Positions 38,195 through 51,894 of a DNA stretch of 64,000 nt are shown in pieces; positions within the stretch are counted from its first letter, which is position 1, and the number at the start of each line of letters is the position of its first letter. The translations under genes were made by a program, and so were the position numbers. The stretch spans positions 110,050,001 to 110,114,000 of the forward strand of contig NW_024704742.1 in assembly GCF_018977255.1 (NCBI RefSeq), in the 5' to 3' direction. The notes under the pieces were generated by a model. It did not search any database. It had not been told where the DNA came from and was given only the letters and a program-made list of their open reading frames with translations. The DNA is from Callorhinchus milii (Eukaryota).

Positions 38195-39234
38195 CTGAAA
38201 TTCAACAGTACAAACCAACCAATCAGAGAATTTCTATCTGTGAAGAACATTAGGATAGAAAATACATTTTGTGGTGTGATAATAATCATTAGTATTAATA
38301 TAAGACCCCATGCATTTTTCACCCAACTGTTTGTTGCTGTTATGAATATGTCTTGATGTGTCCCCTCTCTAATGAAGAGGTTATATTGAGCACTGACTAT
38401 CCACCATGTTACACTATATTACGTTGACAATGACTCCTCTTTTCTACATGTAAAATAATTAAAATACATTTCATTAAACTTCTAAGGGTACGTTTTGAAA
38501 ATTGTGTGCCAGGTTTTATATTGAAATTACTCATTCCAAATATTATTGAGTGTTTTGGCTATGATTTTACTTTAACAAAAACAGTTCGACTTTTTAGCTC
38601 TAACAGAACAATTTTCCTTTCTCTGATGGACAGTTTGAGGAATTTAAAATGGCATTAATAATTAATGAAACATAGCTTGGGTTTAGGGCAATAAATACAT
38701 TGTGATAAACAATTCTAAACTGATCAGAGAAAATGTTGGTCATCAATTTTTGGAAGCTTTCCTTCCTGTTTGGATTCTCCTGCAACATGGTACATACTCC
38801 ACAAATATGCCAGATGTATATCCTTAAGATACTGGCTGCAAATTTTCCCTTATTGATTGCCTGTGAAAAATACAATTTTGTTGTTGTTTTACACTAAATC
38901 TTGTGAAGCGCTTTGAAGCATTCTCCTGATATGAAAAGTGCTATATCAAATACAAAGTTTTTTTTAAAATGTCATTTTCTTGGGGAATTGGTTTCAAATT
39001 TAGCAGCAGGTTCAAGGTATTTATATTTCAAGGTATAAGTTATTTGAAATTATGTGTCTGAAGATGTAATTTGAATGAACATTATGAGTCTCATTAGCCA
39101 ACAGATATTAGAATCTAAGACTATATAACTGAACGAAAAAAGCACTAAAGTTTGGATATAGACTCCTGAAGGCATATTGAATCTAAAGTTTCAAGACAAG
39201 AAACAGTCTTTGGGCAAACAATCCCACCCCTTTT

Positions 39235-39450
39235 TAATGGTTCTCAATCCCTGCTACGTGCCTTTTCATCGTATCCTTGAATTCCTTTCCTTTTCTAAAG
39301 CACATCCATATATATATACTTCTTGAACCCATTTGTAACTTATCCACCAACTCTATTGCCCTTTGTGTAAAAAAGTTCCTCCAGGCTTTCTTTCTTAATC
39401 TTAACTTGCTGATTTTTAACCTGTGTGGCCCGAAATTGAACTTTCCCATT
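39235..39450 (-). mobile_element. CR1 LINE 3' fragment
   Basis: RNFFTQRAI motif of the CR1 ORF2 end. Confidence 0.65.
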
Positions 39451-39677
39451 ATTGGTACAAGTCTTAAAACTGAATATGGTTTTGTGCAGAAATTTAGAAA
39501 TGTCTTCAATTTGATCTCTGGTGAAAATAGTTTTTTGGCAGTACTTTTTAGCACATTGGAGCATCTTGTTAATAAACAAAAAACCCAAAGAGTAGTTTCC
39601 TACTAATCGGCAGTCACAGTTGGAAATCGAACTCTGCAGAGCTGATTCCTCTGCTTTCACCTTTAAGAGTAGTATGG

Positions 39678-39707
39678 AGGGGGGGGGGGGGGGGGGGGGG
39701 GGAGGGA
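39678..39707 (+). repeat. Poly-G tract
   Basis: Read directly from the sequence. Confidence 0.95.
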
Positions 39708-41052
39708 GTTGTCCATCTTCAACACATTCAATGTGATAAATATCATATGAACTGTAAATTTCACTCCCAGTATTCCAGATGGAGTGTGACCAACACTTTA
39801 TAAAAGATAACCTCTTTCAATTTGTACTCTATTCCTCTGCTGAATACTGAGGAGTATTCAGTCATTTCAGATGTTAAATACAGATAGGAGAGTCTCAGTT
39901 ATAATGTTGATGAAAGCTTGCAGCCAGCTGCTCAGAGAAAGCTGTGCTTATGTTGCCAAGAGCTGAACTATGCTTGTCCCAGAATACAGCTGTTTTAGCT
40001 TGCTCAGGACAATAACACCTGGGTTTGTGGGAGGCAAGAACAGAGCAGAAAGACCAAATATTTATTTTAGTTGGTAAGTCTGTAAAACCCTATCTGTCTT
40101 GAGCAAGATTGTTTTTTAGATTGGAGGAAGGCAGCTGAGAAAATTGGAGTCTTTCCTTTAGTTGTTAAATACGGACAAAATGTATTTGAAAGCAATCATT
40201 AAAAATGCTTAACACAAGAGGAATATTATTTATTGTAAAGGGGAGAGGTTTTACCCATGTACAATTTAATCCCAAAGCACATTGCAATGTAGAACCGTTA
40301 CTTGTGCACAATGTCATCTTGATGAGGGACACTTGTGTAGACTTGTTCTCCCTCCAGAGAGACAGTATCCCTTTAAAGTGTGAAGGGAAAGCATGCACTG
40401 TTCCCCCACACACAATGATAAAAATAGCTGCTCAGGGCAGGGTACATCTGTATGTCTTGTATATTACTATATCACAAAATAGAAATGATCGCTCAGTGGA
40501 AAATTGCAGTACTTTGCTGAGTACTGAGTTGAGGTAAAAATAAGACCTTTTTCCCCAGAAATTGCGCACAAATGGGAAAATGGAAGCCTTAGCCACCTGA
40601 CCTATGGCTGGTGTGCTGGGAAAGACAGTTTTGAGATGTAGTGGCCTGAAATAAAGGAACTTCATCTATGTTGAGAAGGCCACAATGGATGCAATAAACT
40701 GAACTTGCTCCTTGAGTTATCTTATTAAGGCAGGGTAGGTTTACAAATGCTGATAATCCTTGCATTTGATATAATACCTTTCACATCAAGAGGATTTCTC
40801 AAAGTGCTTTGCAGGATGTACTGTAAAATGCAGTGACTGTGTGTTTATGTAGGCGGAAGATACTGATTTAATGTTTAACATGACATTGGTTCAGACATAA
40901 GCTTTCTGCACAGCAGCTGAGGCTCCAGTCTTCTGGCTGCTAATTCCAATTGATGTGCAAACCCATCCGATGTTCAGAGGTCTCGCCAATTGCTACACAA
41001 ATATGTGGAATTAAGGAAACCTCAGTATTTAGCCAGTGTACTTCCACGGTCA

Positions 41053-41370
41053 GTGCCAGCTTGGCTCAGTTGGTAGCCCTCTCGTCTCTAGGTCGGAAGC
41101 TTGTGGACTCAGACTCCATGTAAGGATTGATCTAATAATCTAAGCTGATCTAGGTACAATAATGGCAAAGCGCTTATATTGTCAGAGGTGGCTATCCTTT
41201 TGATGAGACATTAAACCTGTCTACCTGTTCAAATGGACATTAAAGATCTCACAATGTTATTGAAACAGAGAAGGGAGTTTCTCCTGGTGTTCTAGCCAAT
41301 AACATTGGTCATACACCTCAATAGCTGTTTGTGGAACCTTGTTGTATGTAAAACAACTGGCTATTCTGCC
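41053..41370 (+). mobile_element. DeuSINE-type SINE (older family)
   Basis: gccagcttggctcagttggtagccctctc head; gctgtttgtggaaccttgttgt Deu motif. Confidence 0.8.
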
Positions 41371-41389
41371 CTCAAAAAACACCACAGCA

Positions 41390-41540
41390 CACTTCAGATC
41401 ACACCTGAAGACTTTCCTCCTTGATCATGCCTATGGTCACAACCCCTCTCTCCTTGGCTCAGAGTTAAGCTCCATCACTGTTAAATGCTCTGACACACTA
41501 CCCTATGTGAAGGGTGCTATATAAATGCAAGTTGTTGTTG
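41390..41540 (+). mobile_element. L2 3' tail fragment
   Basis: FRSHLKTFL..; gtgctatataaatgcaagttgttgttg tail. Confidence 0.75.
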
Positions 41541-43094
41541 AGACATTTGACATTACAGTAGCTATAAAAACATATGCTTTTTCTTTTAGTGGTCAAGCGA
41601 AGCTGGAGGCCATTAACCTCATGTTTTACAGGCGAAACTTGCTATTAATAGTAGTTTATACAGTACACTGGATTATTTTGTTCTTATAAATGAGGTGCCC
41701 TCATTAGTAAGTATGGGATTTTGGTCACCATCAGTTTCAAATGAAAAAAGATGGACTGTGAAAAAGTGGCCTGAATAGTGAATTATTCGCATTACTGAGG
41801 TGTCCACAAGGTAAGATAGTGAGGTTCAGCTGCGCTTTGCAGCTTTCAGTGTCTCGTTGGTTCTCTAAAGTTACTGGGTAATAGCACATTCCTTCCTGTA
41901 TTCTTTTCCTATTTTAATGACTGTTTCTTCTAATTGCTGGGTGCAGAGCGAGCCTACAATTCTAGATGACTAAATGTGTTCCCAAACCAGTCAATGGACT
42001 AGCTGAAAAGTACTGACAAAAATAATAATCCAAACTCCTTGTGCTTACATGATGTCAGCTAGCTGGGCAAACTAGTCACTAAATAAACTAACAGGGTTTT
42101 CTTGCTTGTGGCAGACATTAGTCTTTGGGTTTTTCTGGCTTCACGTTTGCGCCAGATGTCAGTAAATTCTAGGATTAATCAATGCTCTGAGCACAGTTGA
42201 CAATCACTAATAAATCTTTCAAGGATCCAGACCTGCTGACCAAAATATTAGTGATGTGCAAACTGGACAAAAAATATTTTATTGTTTTTGTTAACGATTA
42301 GATTTTGTGACAATTGACCAGGAAAACTAAAATATTTATGTCAGATAAGGGGAGTTGATACAGATTTCTTGCCCTTGTTGATTGCTGATATTAGGCCTTG
42401 TTTATGGCACTGGTTTAGCATTGTATATTTTCTCTTCAATGCAGTAACCTTCTGTATCACAACCACAAAAGTACTGGCCAGAAATGATCTGTTTTGGAAG
42501 GAACTGCCTATATATTTTGCTGTTCACAATAATGCTAGGATATGAAGGGGGGAGGGTAAAGAAAAGCATATGGTTCAGGTTCATATGGTTTATGACTCTT
42601 TAGGCCTGACTTGATTTAATCATTTTTACCCTAATGTCAACATCTTTAACTGCATGCAAAATGTTGCTTAGCTCAAAACATAACATCAATTATGCGCTCT
42701 GATGTTTCTGCGTAATGCTTCCTGGGGAAAATAATTTTAGGAATTATTTTCATATATTCCCTTTGAGTGCTGCATTTATTACCCAGATCACTAACAGCAT
42801 GCTGTTGTCACACAGTAATTTGCTCTCTACCAATAAAATCATAAAACATGAGGAATGTTTCAGAACAATTAAAACGTTTGAGCCCACGGTCAGCAGCAAG
42901 CTGAATGATCACATTACTTTCATATTAAAATGCTGTAAAATATTACTATTAACAGGAGAGTTTGCATACATCGGCTTTTGCTTTTAAAGTGGCAGTCCTA
43001 CGTTTTTCCTTTGATTAGCCTGGATCTTGCTATATTAAGTTTAAAATTATAACTGGACTTCTTAAATATAAAACGATAAAGGCATTTTGTTTAA

Positions 43095-43503
43095 AGGGAC
43101 ACTGGGGAGTGGGGTCAAACTTTCTGTTGTTTCTTTACGCGATTCTTTAATAAAGATCAAGAGTTGCAATAGGGGTAAATGGAACAGTCAGGCCAACCCA
43201 AAGGAATTCCTCTGATGTGATCTACTTCTGGAATGGAGTTCCCACAAGTCAATGTGGTGTGGTTCTGATGACTGAAGGGAGTTCCCCACTTGTGACTCTG
43301 AGTCACGATGTGATTAAGGAATCTCATTAACAAACACTGCAAATTAGATCTTGCTATCTTCAGGAAAAAAGACTTTACTGATCTTTTTCATTTGAGGTTG
43401 AGGGAGGAGTCAGAGGAGCTGATTTCATTGTGCACTGTGATTTTTACCATTGTGAATAAACTAAAAAAGTCTGACAAGCATTTTGTATGTAGACAGTATC
43501 CCT
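43095..43503. mobile_element. Kolobok/T2-like MITE
   Basis: TTAA|AGGGACACTG ... CAGTATCCCT|TTAA; TIRs match 9/10; TTAA on both sides. Confidence 0.65.
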
Positions 43504-46500
43504 TTAAAACAAAACTGTCACTATTTTCTTTTCTTCATTGTTTTCTGACCAAAATTAAAGAGATTCAGTGAAAGAGAATAATACACATTACACTTCTGAT
43601 GGCTGTCGTTGATGTCTGTAGCTCCTCGGAGCAGGTATAGGGCAGGTTAGATTCAGAGTAAATTTCCCAGTGCACTAGCCCAACAATATGGCTCTAATCC
43701 ACAGAAGGAACATCCCAACCACTACAGTGACATTTAAGTTTCCCAAGTCAGCCATCCTGTTGGCCCAGTGAGCAAGATTGTGATTTTTGTGCAGCCTGTA
43801 CTTGGGGAGATTGTGTGATAAACCTACATTTATCTATTAGGAGTTGGGTTGAGATTACTTTACACTCATTTCACATAACCAGCAGAGAGGAGAGACTTTC
43901 TTTTTCTTCGATTTTCTCTCCTAACTTGCCTTTGGGTTCAGATTCATTTTGGAGTCTGATTTCTCCAGTACCTCACCTAAGCATCCATTTTCCATGTGAA
44001 ATCTAAGCAGAAAGGTTCACACATGGAAAATGGATGCTCCCAAGCACTGAGGAGGCTTTATGACTGTAAGCGTGGGAGGGGGATTGCCTCAGGTCCTATC
44101 CTCGCTCAATTCCCTCAGGTGTGCCTTCTAGAAACTGCTTACTGGATAGTAATCAGGAACAGGAACTTTGGATGTTTTGTGTTCTGCTCTAGTCTTGGGC
44201 AGGAGGTGGATGAAGAAGCTTTGAGATATTTTGTGTTGTTGCACTGGTGTCATAACATAAATCATGTTACCTGATGTTATTTACATCAGGGTCTAAAACG
44301 TGGTATTGGAGCAGCATTCACAGTGGATTCTTACACATTGAACCAAACTGGGAATGGCTTATGTGTTACGCCAACTGGTGAGAACTCCACTTGATCACAA
44401 TCTCTGCATTGGTGCAGTGGAGTAGAGTTCTCAAGGGACATTGTAATACACATCTGGTAACCAGCAGGGTTCAATATTTATGAAAACTCTGAGAGTACTG
44501 GTGCGGCTCCCACATTTTAGACTCCATCATCATCTCATGTCTTTTCAACCAAAGAGGATAAATGTAACAAGCACCATCTCACAAGGCTGCCTTTTTAAAT
44601 ATCACCAATAATTTACTAATTGCCATAGACCACACATCAGGAATTGGTGCAATACACCCAAGAAATCAGTGAGTGGTGTGGCTGGGTGCCATGATTGGTT
44701 TATTTTCTGTGAGAATTTGTAACATCCTTTTTTGTGTGGAGGTGGAAGAGGAAGTGAAACAGCTGCTGGTTTCGTGCCCTCGTGTCCTGCGATCAGTGGG
44801 ACACTGGGACCTCAGCCCCCACACAGAATGTTGGAGCAATGAAACTGAGAGAGCTCTGGAAAGGAGAGACATAAAACAACAAGTGTGTAGGAATAGGGTA
44901 AGAAATTAGTGCAGTGCAAAGGAGTCATGATAACCAGCAAAGTGAATGTGCAAAAAATGTCACCTGAGCCTCCTAAACCACTGTAGGTATACTCAAGTGT
45001 GTGAGTATAAAAATCTCCCAAATGTTATCAGATCAAAATGCAACACAACGTCTAAAGAATATTTTTCACTTTAAAGGCATCTCTGTTTCTTTTCCATCAC
45101 GCCTCTTTCTCCCACCCCCTCACCTCGCTCTCTGGCATTAAATCAGTGAAGCCACAGTCCATTAAAAACATCCCCTCGCTTTCACCCCCACCCCCTCCAT
45201 GCACATTAGTTTTAAATGGAATGAAAAAATAAATGCAAGCCATTTTACATAAGATGCCCTGAATTCTACAGCTGCAATCCGTTTAGATGGATATGGAGTT
45301 TGAAGAGGATTATTGAGGTGTAAGAGATAGTGCTGTGAGGTTCCTTTACCCCATCACTTTTTTCTTCCTGTGAAAGTTCCATCAGTTGGGGATAGTGGCT
45401 GTCCCCTTTGAAGCGCTCTCCAGTTTCACTGAAATTGGATTCCTTATTCCCATGGTGCTGCTCTGCAATGCCAGCACAAACAAACGTCAACAGCTGTAGA
45501 GCACTTTAAAGAGTAGGAAAAAAGCACAGAAGTATATGTTCCTGAATCCTCTTCCTCTTAAAGTAGCATTTCTTCACCTTTGTGCTAAGAATGACATTTA
45601 GATATTGCTTATCTAACTACGTCAGCAGTGACACGGTTCAATTCCAAAGCAGACCAATGTCTCTGTTCTTTACAACGCACTTATTAGAATGACAATTAAT
45701 GAACTATAACTACATTCATAAACTTTGTGTCAATGAAAACAAAATAATAATAACAAAATAATACGTTCTATTCAAATATCAACGACAAGATACGATGTTT
45801 GTGAACTAAGAACATATAAATCTTGATACAAAATGTTAAGAGTTCATTGAAATTTTTTTTTGTCACGTTGGAGCTTGGCTGCTGACCTGTTACTATGTTA
45901 CATAGTTTTACTATGCCTATGCTGAACTGGTCCAACAATATATAGTGGCTGGAGACTGGTTGTACTGTATGATGTATGCCATACATCGAAAGGAATGGAA
46001 ACATGGAGTAAAATTGAGTCAAATTTCAGCTATTAATAAAACCTTTTCAAAAAATAGATTTGTTAAGTTGATGGTTTTGGATGGTGTGGTAGTGGTAGTG
46101 AAGGGCGAAACACCCTTTCAGAGGAATACAGTTCAAATCTTAGTCCTGATTACGATTCAAGAAGTTTCCTTCAATGGGGAAATATCATTATCTGCTGAGT
46201 CAGACTACTGCATGGTATTTATCAGTCATCTCTGGGAGAGGGAAACAGGGGAGTAAAAGTCCAGTTAGGCTGCGGCACAAAGGGAAGATGCATGTACAGT
46301 AACTTTGAAGGTGGACTTGAAAGACTCCGTAGCTGAGCCTTTTCTCTACCCTCCCATCTACAGGATGAAGCACTGATTCAGTGGAAGTTGCTGAAAATAA
46401 TGAGCTGAAGAACAGAATGAAAATGTAAGCAAGCTTTATGATGTTTGAGTTGTGTTATTAAAGGCACAGAATCCAGAAATCCAAAGTGGCACAAGGCTCC

Positions 46501-47764
46501 TGCAGTAGTTTTTAATTACAGCCAAACTGTTTAGATTACTTTAATAGTTTCTAGAAGCTCTGTGAAGTACTTCAGAAAGCACCATTTAGGAGTGTGTTGA
46601 AACGGGTTTTCTCTGGGGACCTGAGTGAAGAGACAACTCTGGACTCCAAGGACTTATTTACCAAACAAACTAAAGAGTACACCAGTTCTCAAGACCTATA
46701 ACTTTAAGTGGATTCCCACAACCCGTGTTCAATCAATAACCATTACTGTGAGAAATGTGTCATTTGGGGAGTGTGGATTCAACATCAGAGCCTTTATATC
46801 AAAGCAAAAAAAAACAAATAATGACAACTCTCATTGTGCCATAGAAGGACAGCATTTCTCCTCGCCCCCAATTCTCCCACGTCACTAATTTGCAATCTGT
46901 TGAATCCTCCATAAAACCCAAGAAGACTGCGGTTTGATTTTTACATGAAACCTTATTTACTGAAGCATGTTGCTTCAGCAGAGTCCAACTTATCAGGAGG
47001 TGAATGGAGCAGGGCATGTTTCCTCTTGAAGCCTGAAAAACCAGTGGGCTGAAAGATTGACAGATAAGTGAAGTGTGTACAGCACGCACACAGGGACTCT
47101 TAGTACCAGGCCTGCAAGGTTTTAATCACAGAAGTGGCGATGATAGGCCTGGGAAGGCTCACCTTTCACATACTAATTCAAATAAACAGAAAATAATGCC
47201 TACAGTGCTATCCAAGTCATTTCCTGCTATAATATCCATGCTGCTGCAAGCATCCATTATACAGTGGGATTCCCATTATATATATAATAGGTTCAGATAC
47301 ATAGAAAGGTTGCTTTATATCCAGAGCTTGCTTGTAACAGGAAAAGTAATCCAGTGTTTACCATGTAAAGAACAAATTGGCACTTAATAACAGTTTTCAA
47401 ATCAGGGACTTTACTTACATAATGATTCAAATGTGCATTAGTAATATATGTCCTTACATATATATGGTGACTACACTTGATAGCAATTCTCTGTGAAACA
47501 TTGAGTTATATTTCTGCATTCTATGGATTATATCTAATGCAAGGAATATTATTTTAAACATCTGTATATTGCAGAACAATTAATAAAACGTTCTACAAAA
47601 CTACAAATATTGCAATGGTAACACGCTTTGCAGCAAATTTTGCCTCTAATACCCTGCTCAGTAATTTGCCTTGCAATAGAACCCTGAAGGTGAGCCTTCC
47701 CAGGCACGTAGAACCCTACGTGGAGGTCATACATGAATCAATCCCCTATACAAGCATCCACAGA

Positions 47765-47995
47765 TGGATTTATTTCATATAAAGGTTTATTCCAGAATAA
47801 AATCTCTCCTCAGTGAGTTTATTCTGGACTAAATTCCTTCTACAGTGAGTTTATTTTGGAATGAAAATACATCTCCTCTGCTGATTTAACTTGGAATAAA
47901 GAGACCTCCCCAGTGTATCTACTGTATATCCGCCTTCGAACAAATTCCCCCTCAACATATTCTAGAATAACGTCTTCACCCAGATAGCTTGTTCT
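47765..47995. repeat. Degenerate ~33-bp minisatellite with palindromic core
   Basis: Recurrent cagtgagtttattctggaataaa-like units. Confidence 0.65.
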
Positions 47996-49029
47996 GACCT
48001 TTTTAACAGATTTACTCCATCCATAGCAGTTGATTTATTATCAACAAATTCTCTTTGTGTGCCAGCAGCACATCTATTCTACAATATGGGTGGGAGCCTG
48101 GATTAAAAGTTACATTAAGATTTGTGTCTAGGATGTGAGTGTTAAGATTTTAGAATTAAATTAGGGTTAAAACGGCTAAGGTTAGGATTATCTTTAGGGT
48201 CAGAGGTAAATTCGGATTAGGGAGATTAAAATAAGGATAATATATAGTGGCTAAATTGATCCACCGCTGGAATGGTCTCCCAAATTTCCTTCACTCTACC
48301 TGCCTTTGAATACCTCCTGAAATCATATCTGTTTGACCGTGCCTTCAGTCAAATTCCTCAACCCTTCCCTTCTTCCCGCCCTGCTATGTGCCTTCTATTG
48401 TCTCTTTTAAAGATGTTATCCAGTTGATATGCACACGTTGATGCTATACGTGTAGGATACTAGGATGAAGAAGGCTAGAGGTGGAAATATTAATAAAATC
48501 AGGATAAATTAGCATAACAAAGGCTAGGAGTTGGATTATAATTAGTTTCAGGGTTAGAGAAACTAGTATCAGTATAAATCCATGGGAGCTGATCATTTAA
48601 GCAGATTGTTTTTAATGTTTTCTGCAGAGCACACTTCTGCAGTTTCCTTCTGTTTTTAGATTATTAATTTTTTCCCACCTTGTTAAAAATACAATTCAAA
48701 ATATAACATCCGAAAAACAAGCAGGATTTGTTCAAGCATATTGTCACCCATTGAAAACACATGCGCTAATGGGTTTTATTAAATCGGCTCAGTAACAGAT
48801 TTATCTGATGATATTGCACCAATCAATACACAATCTAGCTGATGCATCTCAGTAGCTGCACTATTAGGTTGCAGATTTATTTTTTGCTCAGTCGCAGGCT
48901 AATTCCCCAAACAGAAGGATGGGACTGTGTATGCCTTGAGCTCGTTTAAAGCAACAAACTATGTGGCTTCATGATTAGGAGGTGAGTTTCAAGTAACCTG
49001 GGGGTAGGCTATTGCCACAAATTCACCCT

Positions 49030-49207
49030 TTCCCCATTTCATTCAAGAGGCAATGCCCTATATCCACTAGGTGCTTCAGTTCCTGGTGAAGAACTGATGA
49101 AATTGGCCTTATTGAGGCAAATGAGTTTGAGTAACAGGCCACCCTGGGACTTAAACTTATGACCTCTTGGTTGGAAGTCAAGTGTTCAACTACTTGAGAT
49201 ACCAAGC
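49030..49207 (-). mobile_element. Degraded tRNA-like SINE head
   Basis: Minus strand ggtatctcaagtagttgaacacttgacttccaaccaagaggtcataagtttaagtccc has decayed A/B boxes. Confidence 0.5.
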
Positions 49208-50672
49208 TGCATTAAATGAACCTTTTTACTCTCTGACGATATAAGACTGGTGATCACTGAACAAAGTGAGTGAATCGAGATTCACAATTTTCTTCACATG
49301 TGCGAATGTCCTGAATAATGATTCTACAGATATGAAGGAACATACGAGAGCTAGAAAAGACAATTATTGGGGGACATTCTCATTACTGTATGGCTCTGAT
49401 TCTCCAGGTGACACTCAAAGAATGTCTTTAAATAGTAATTTTGGTGTAATGAATGAAATTCTCCACTTCTTGATTACATCCTGGGGAAATGTTTCTAAAT
49501 ATGCATCTTTGGCAGGCTTTGCTTTGATTTCAGTTGTTTTATATTACAGAGAATGCATTGGAATGATGCAGACTTACATTATCTTTGTGTGGGGTATCCA
49601 ATGTGTATTATCACAGTCAATGTGACAGGTTGGCTACAGGCTACTTTTTACTGATGCTCTGGATGTGAGTGACACTGGCTAAGGCAGCACTTACTGCCTA
49701 TCCCTGGTTGTTCTGAGAAAGTGGTGGTGGGCCTTCTTTTTAAGCCAAGAAGAGTCCTTGTGGACTGCTCATGTATACTCTGCAATTCGCTGGTGATACA
49801 GCCAAACTCAGCAGGGCTGAACACCAACGTAGGGGGAGATGGCTAATGACTGGTCCAGGCAGCCTGATCATGTTTCTGCATTCCGAGAGGATTACCTTGG
49901 CCTGCATCACTCATCTTATATCAGCTCCAGTCTTTTGCAGCTGAAATAGATGAACCCAGGCCTCTACAGAGAGGGCTTTGTGAAAAGGAATGAAAGTAAC
50001 TTGGATTCCTGTGCGGTAGGTTCTTAGCACTCACAGCTCTAACCTGATATTAAAGCTTCCCTTTAAATGAAACCTGTGATTGCAATGTTCTGCTGCCAGT
50101 TGCTCTGTGTGAAATAAAACATGTTGGGTTCTCACCCTGTGTACACTGACAATCCAGTGAACTAACCCCGTCAAATTAAAATGATGATTTTCAAGCATTT
50201 CCACATAGCAGTGTTGAGGTTAACAGTGTCCAGAGAAGAACTGGGCTGCTTGGTGACTATACAGAGTTTTGCTTCTGGTTGAGATTTAATTGCATCCTAC
50301 TCCAGTGTTTGCTGAGTTTAGAACGTGGAATCATGCAGAGCGATTCAGCAATCAAGGGTTGTTATGCTGAGATCTGTACCAGACAGCAGTAAGCATGAGG
50401 TAAGTGTGTTTACAAATAACATGCATCACATGAAACTGAAATTGGTCAGGCTCATTGCTTATTTAAACATTATGTTTAACTGTGGTTCTAAATTAAAGAG
50501 AGCGTAGTAAAATAAACAATGCAGAGGTTTATAAATTTGTCAATTGCACAGGATGGATTGCAGTGCTTGCTATCTGTTATTGGAAAGAAATGAAATGCAG
50601 CTCTTGACTTGAATTGTTCTGTTGCACAAAGGAGCAATGGACACTAAAGCCATCACTTTACTAAACTAAAGC

Positions 50673-51046
50673 AATAATAATAATCCTGCATTTGATATAG
50701 CGCCTTATCACATCGTTGAGACGTCTCAAAGTGCTTCACAGAATATACTGTGAAGTATACAACTGTGTATTTTGTGGGAGAAATTCAGCAGCCAATTGCG
50801 CACAGCAGTGTCCGACAAACAGTCATGGTTTGAGTGACCAAATTATTATTTGGGGGTTTTAAGGGATTATTACACCCAGAAAGTAATCCGCCAATCAACT
50901 AACAAGCAGGTTCCTACTTACTGCTAGGGAAACAGGTGCGTGGAGTAAAGAAATTTGCCTAAGGTTTCGCCCTGCCCGGAAAATTGAACCCGGCTCCTTT
51001 CGCTTGCCGAGGCAAGTGCTCTGACCACTACACTACAAGATTCCAC
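50673..51046 (-). mobile_element. tRNA-derived SINE (younger family), full length
   Basis: Reverse complement of 53389-53762. Confidence 0.92.
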
Positions 51047-51838
51047 AATACTCGGAAGATGCCTGAGCTTGTCAGTTCCTGATATTTTCCCTTTAAATAC
51101 ACTTCTGTAAATTCTATACCATTGAATGGCAGATCACAGGTTTTCCTCGACAATACACACAGGGAGGGATGCAGATGACCTAAAATGCAATATTTGCAAA
51201 GGGCGCTATATAAATATAAGTTGTGGTTGGTTTGCTAATATTAGATTGAGAGATTCATAAAATAGAGAACTATGAATCTCAAGCTGGAAAAGTACACCAA
51301 AAATTGCCAAGAAAATGCTCGCTGTTTCCTGCTGGTGTTAATAATAATTCTTGCATTTTATATAATGCCTTATCACATCATTGAGATGTCTCAAAAAGTT
51401 TTCCCGCTGCCTTTTTTTCAGACGTTGCTTGCTCAAGATTTATGATTTGCTATTTTGCATGCTGACATTCATCAATTACATGTCAACATTTATGCAACAA
51501 ATTCTGATTTGTGAATATTGCACTTTAGATTCCCAGAGGAATAACTGGAGAGATCACCTCCTGCTGGATGGCAATGGAAGAGCCAGCAAGCAGGGCAGCT
51601 ATCCATGCTCTTGGCTGAATGCGATGTACAGAATTGCAGAGCCGAACCAAAGAACATTTCTTAATAAAGGTCAAATTAAATCAAACTGTAATACTGCAAT
51701 TAGGCTGCATACTCCAAATCACTTTCCTCTGGAACTGAGTCCAAAGTAAAGGAGATGTCTATAAATATACGACTAACCACACATGCAGAGCTCCACCAAC
51801 TGTCACAAACTACCTGATCGTAAACATTTAGGCTTAAT

Positions 51839-51894
51839 GGGGTGAAATTTGTGGCATTTCATGATGAGTTATGAAATGCCCCAAATTTCACACC
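51839..51894. repeat. Near-perfect hairpin / miniature inverted-repeat element
   Basis: GGTGAAATTTGTGGCATTTCATGA-TGAG-TTATGAAATGCCCCAAATTTCAC. Confidence 0.85.

Noticed and set aside
39840-39861. 9-bp stem hairpin CTGAATACT-GAGG-AGTATTCAG
   Set aside because: Short enough to occur by chance in 64 kb
47765-47995. CRISPR array
   Set aside because: Eukaryotic context, degenerate repeats, non-unique spacers and no cas genes
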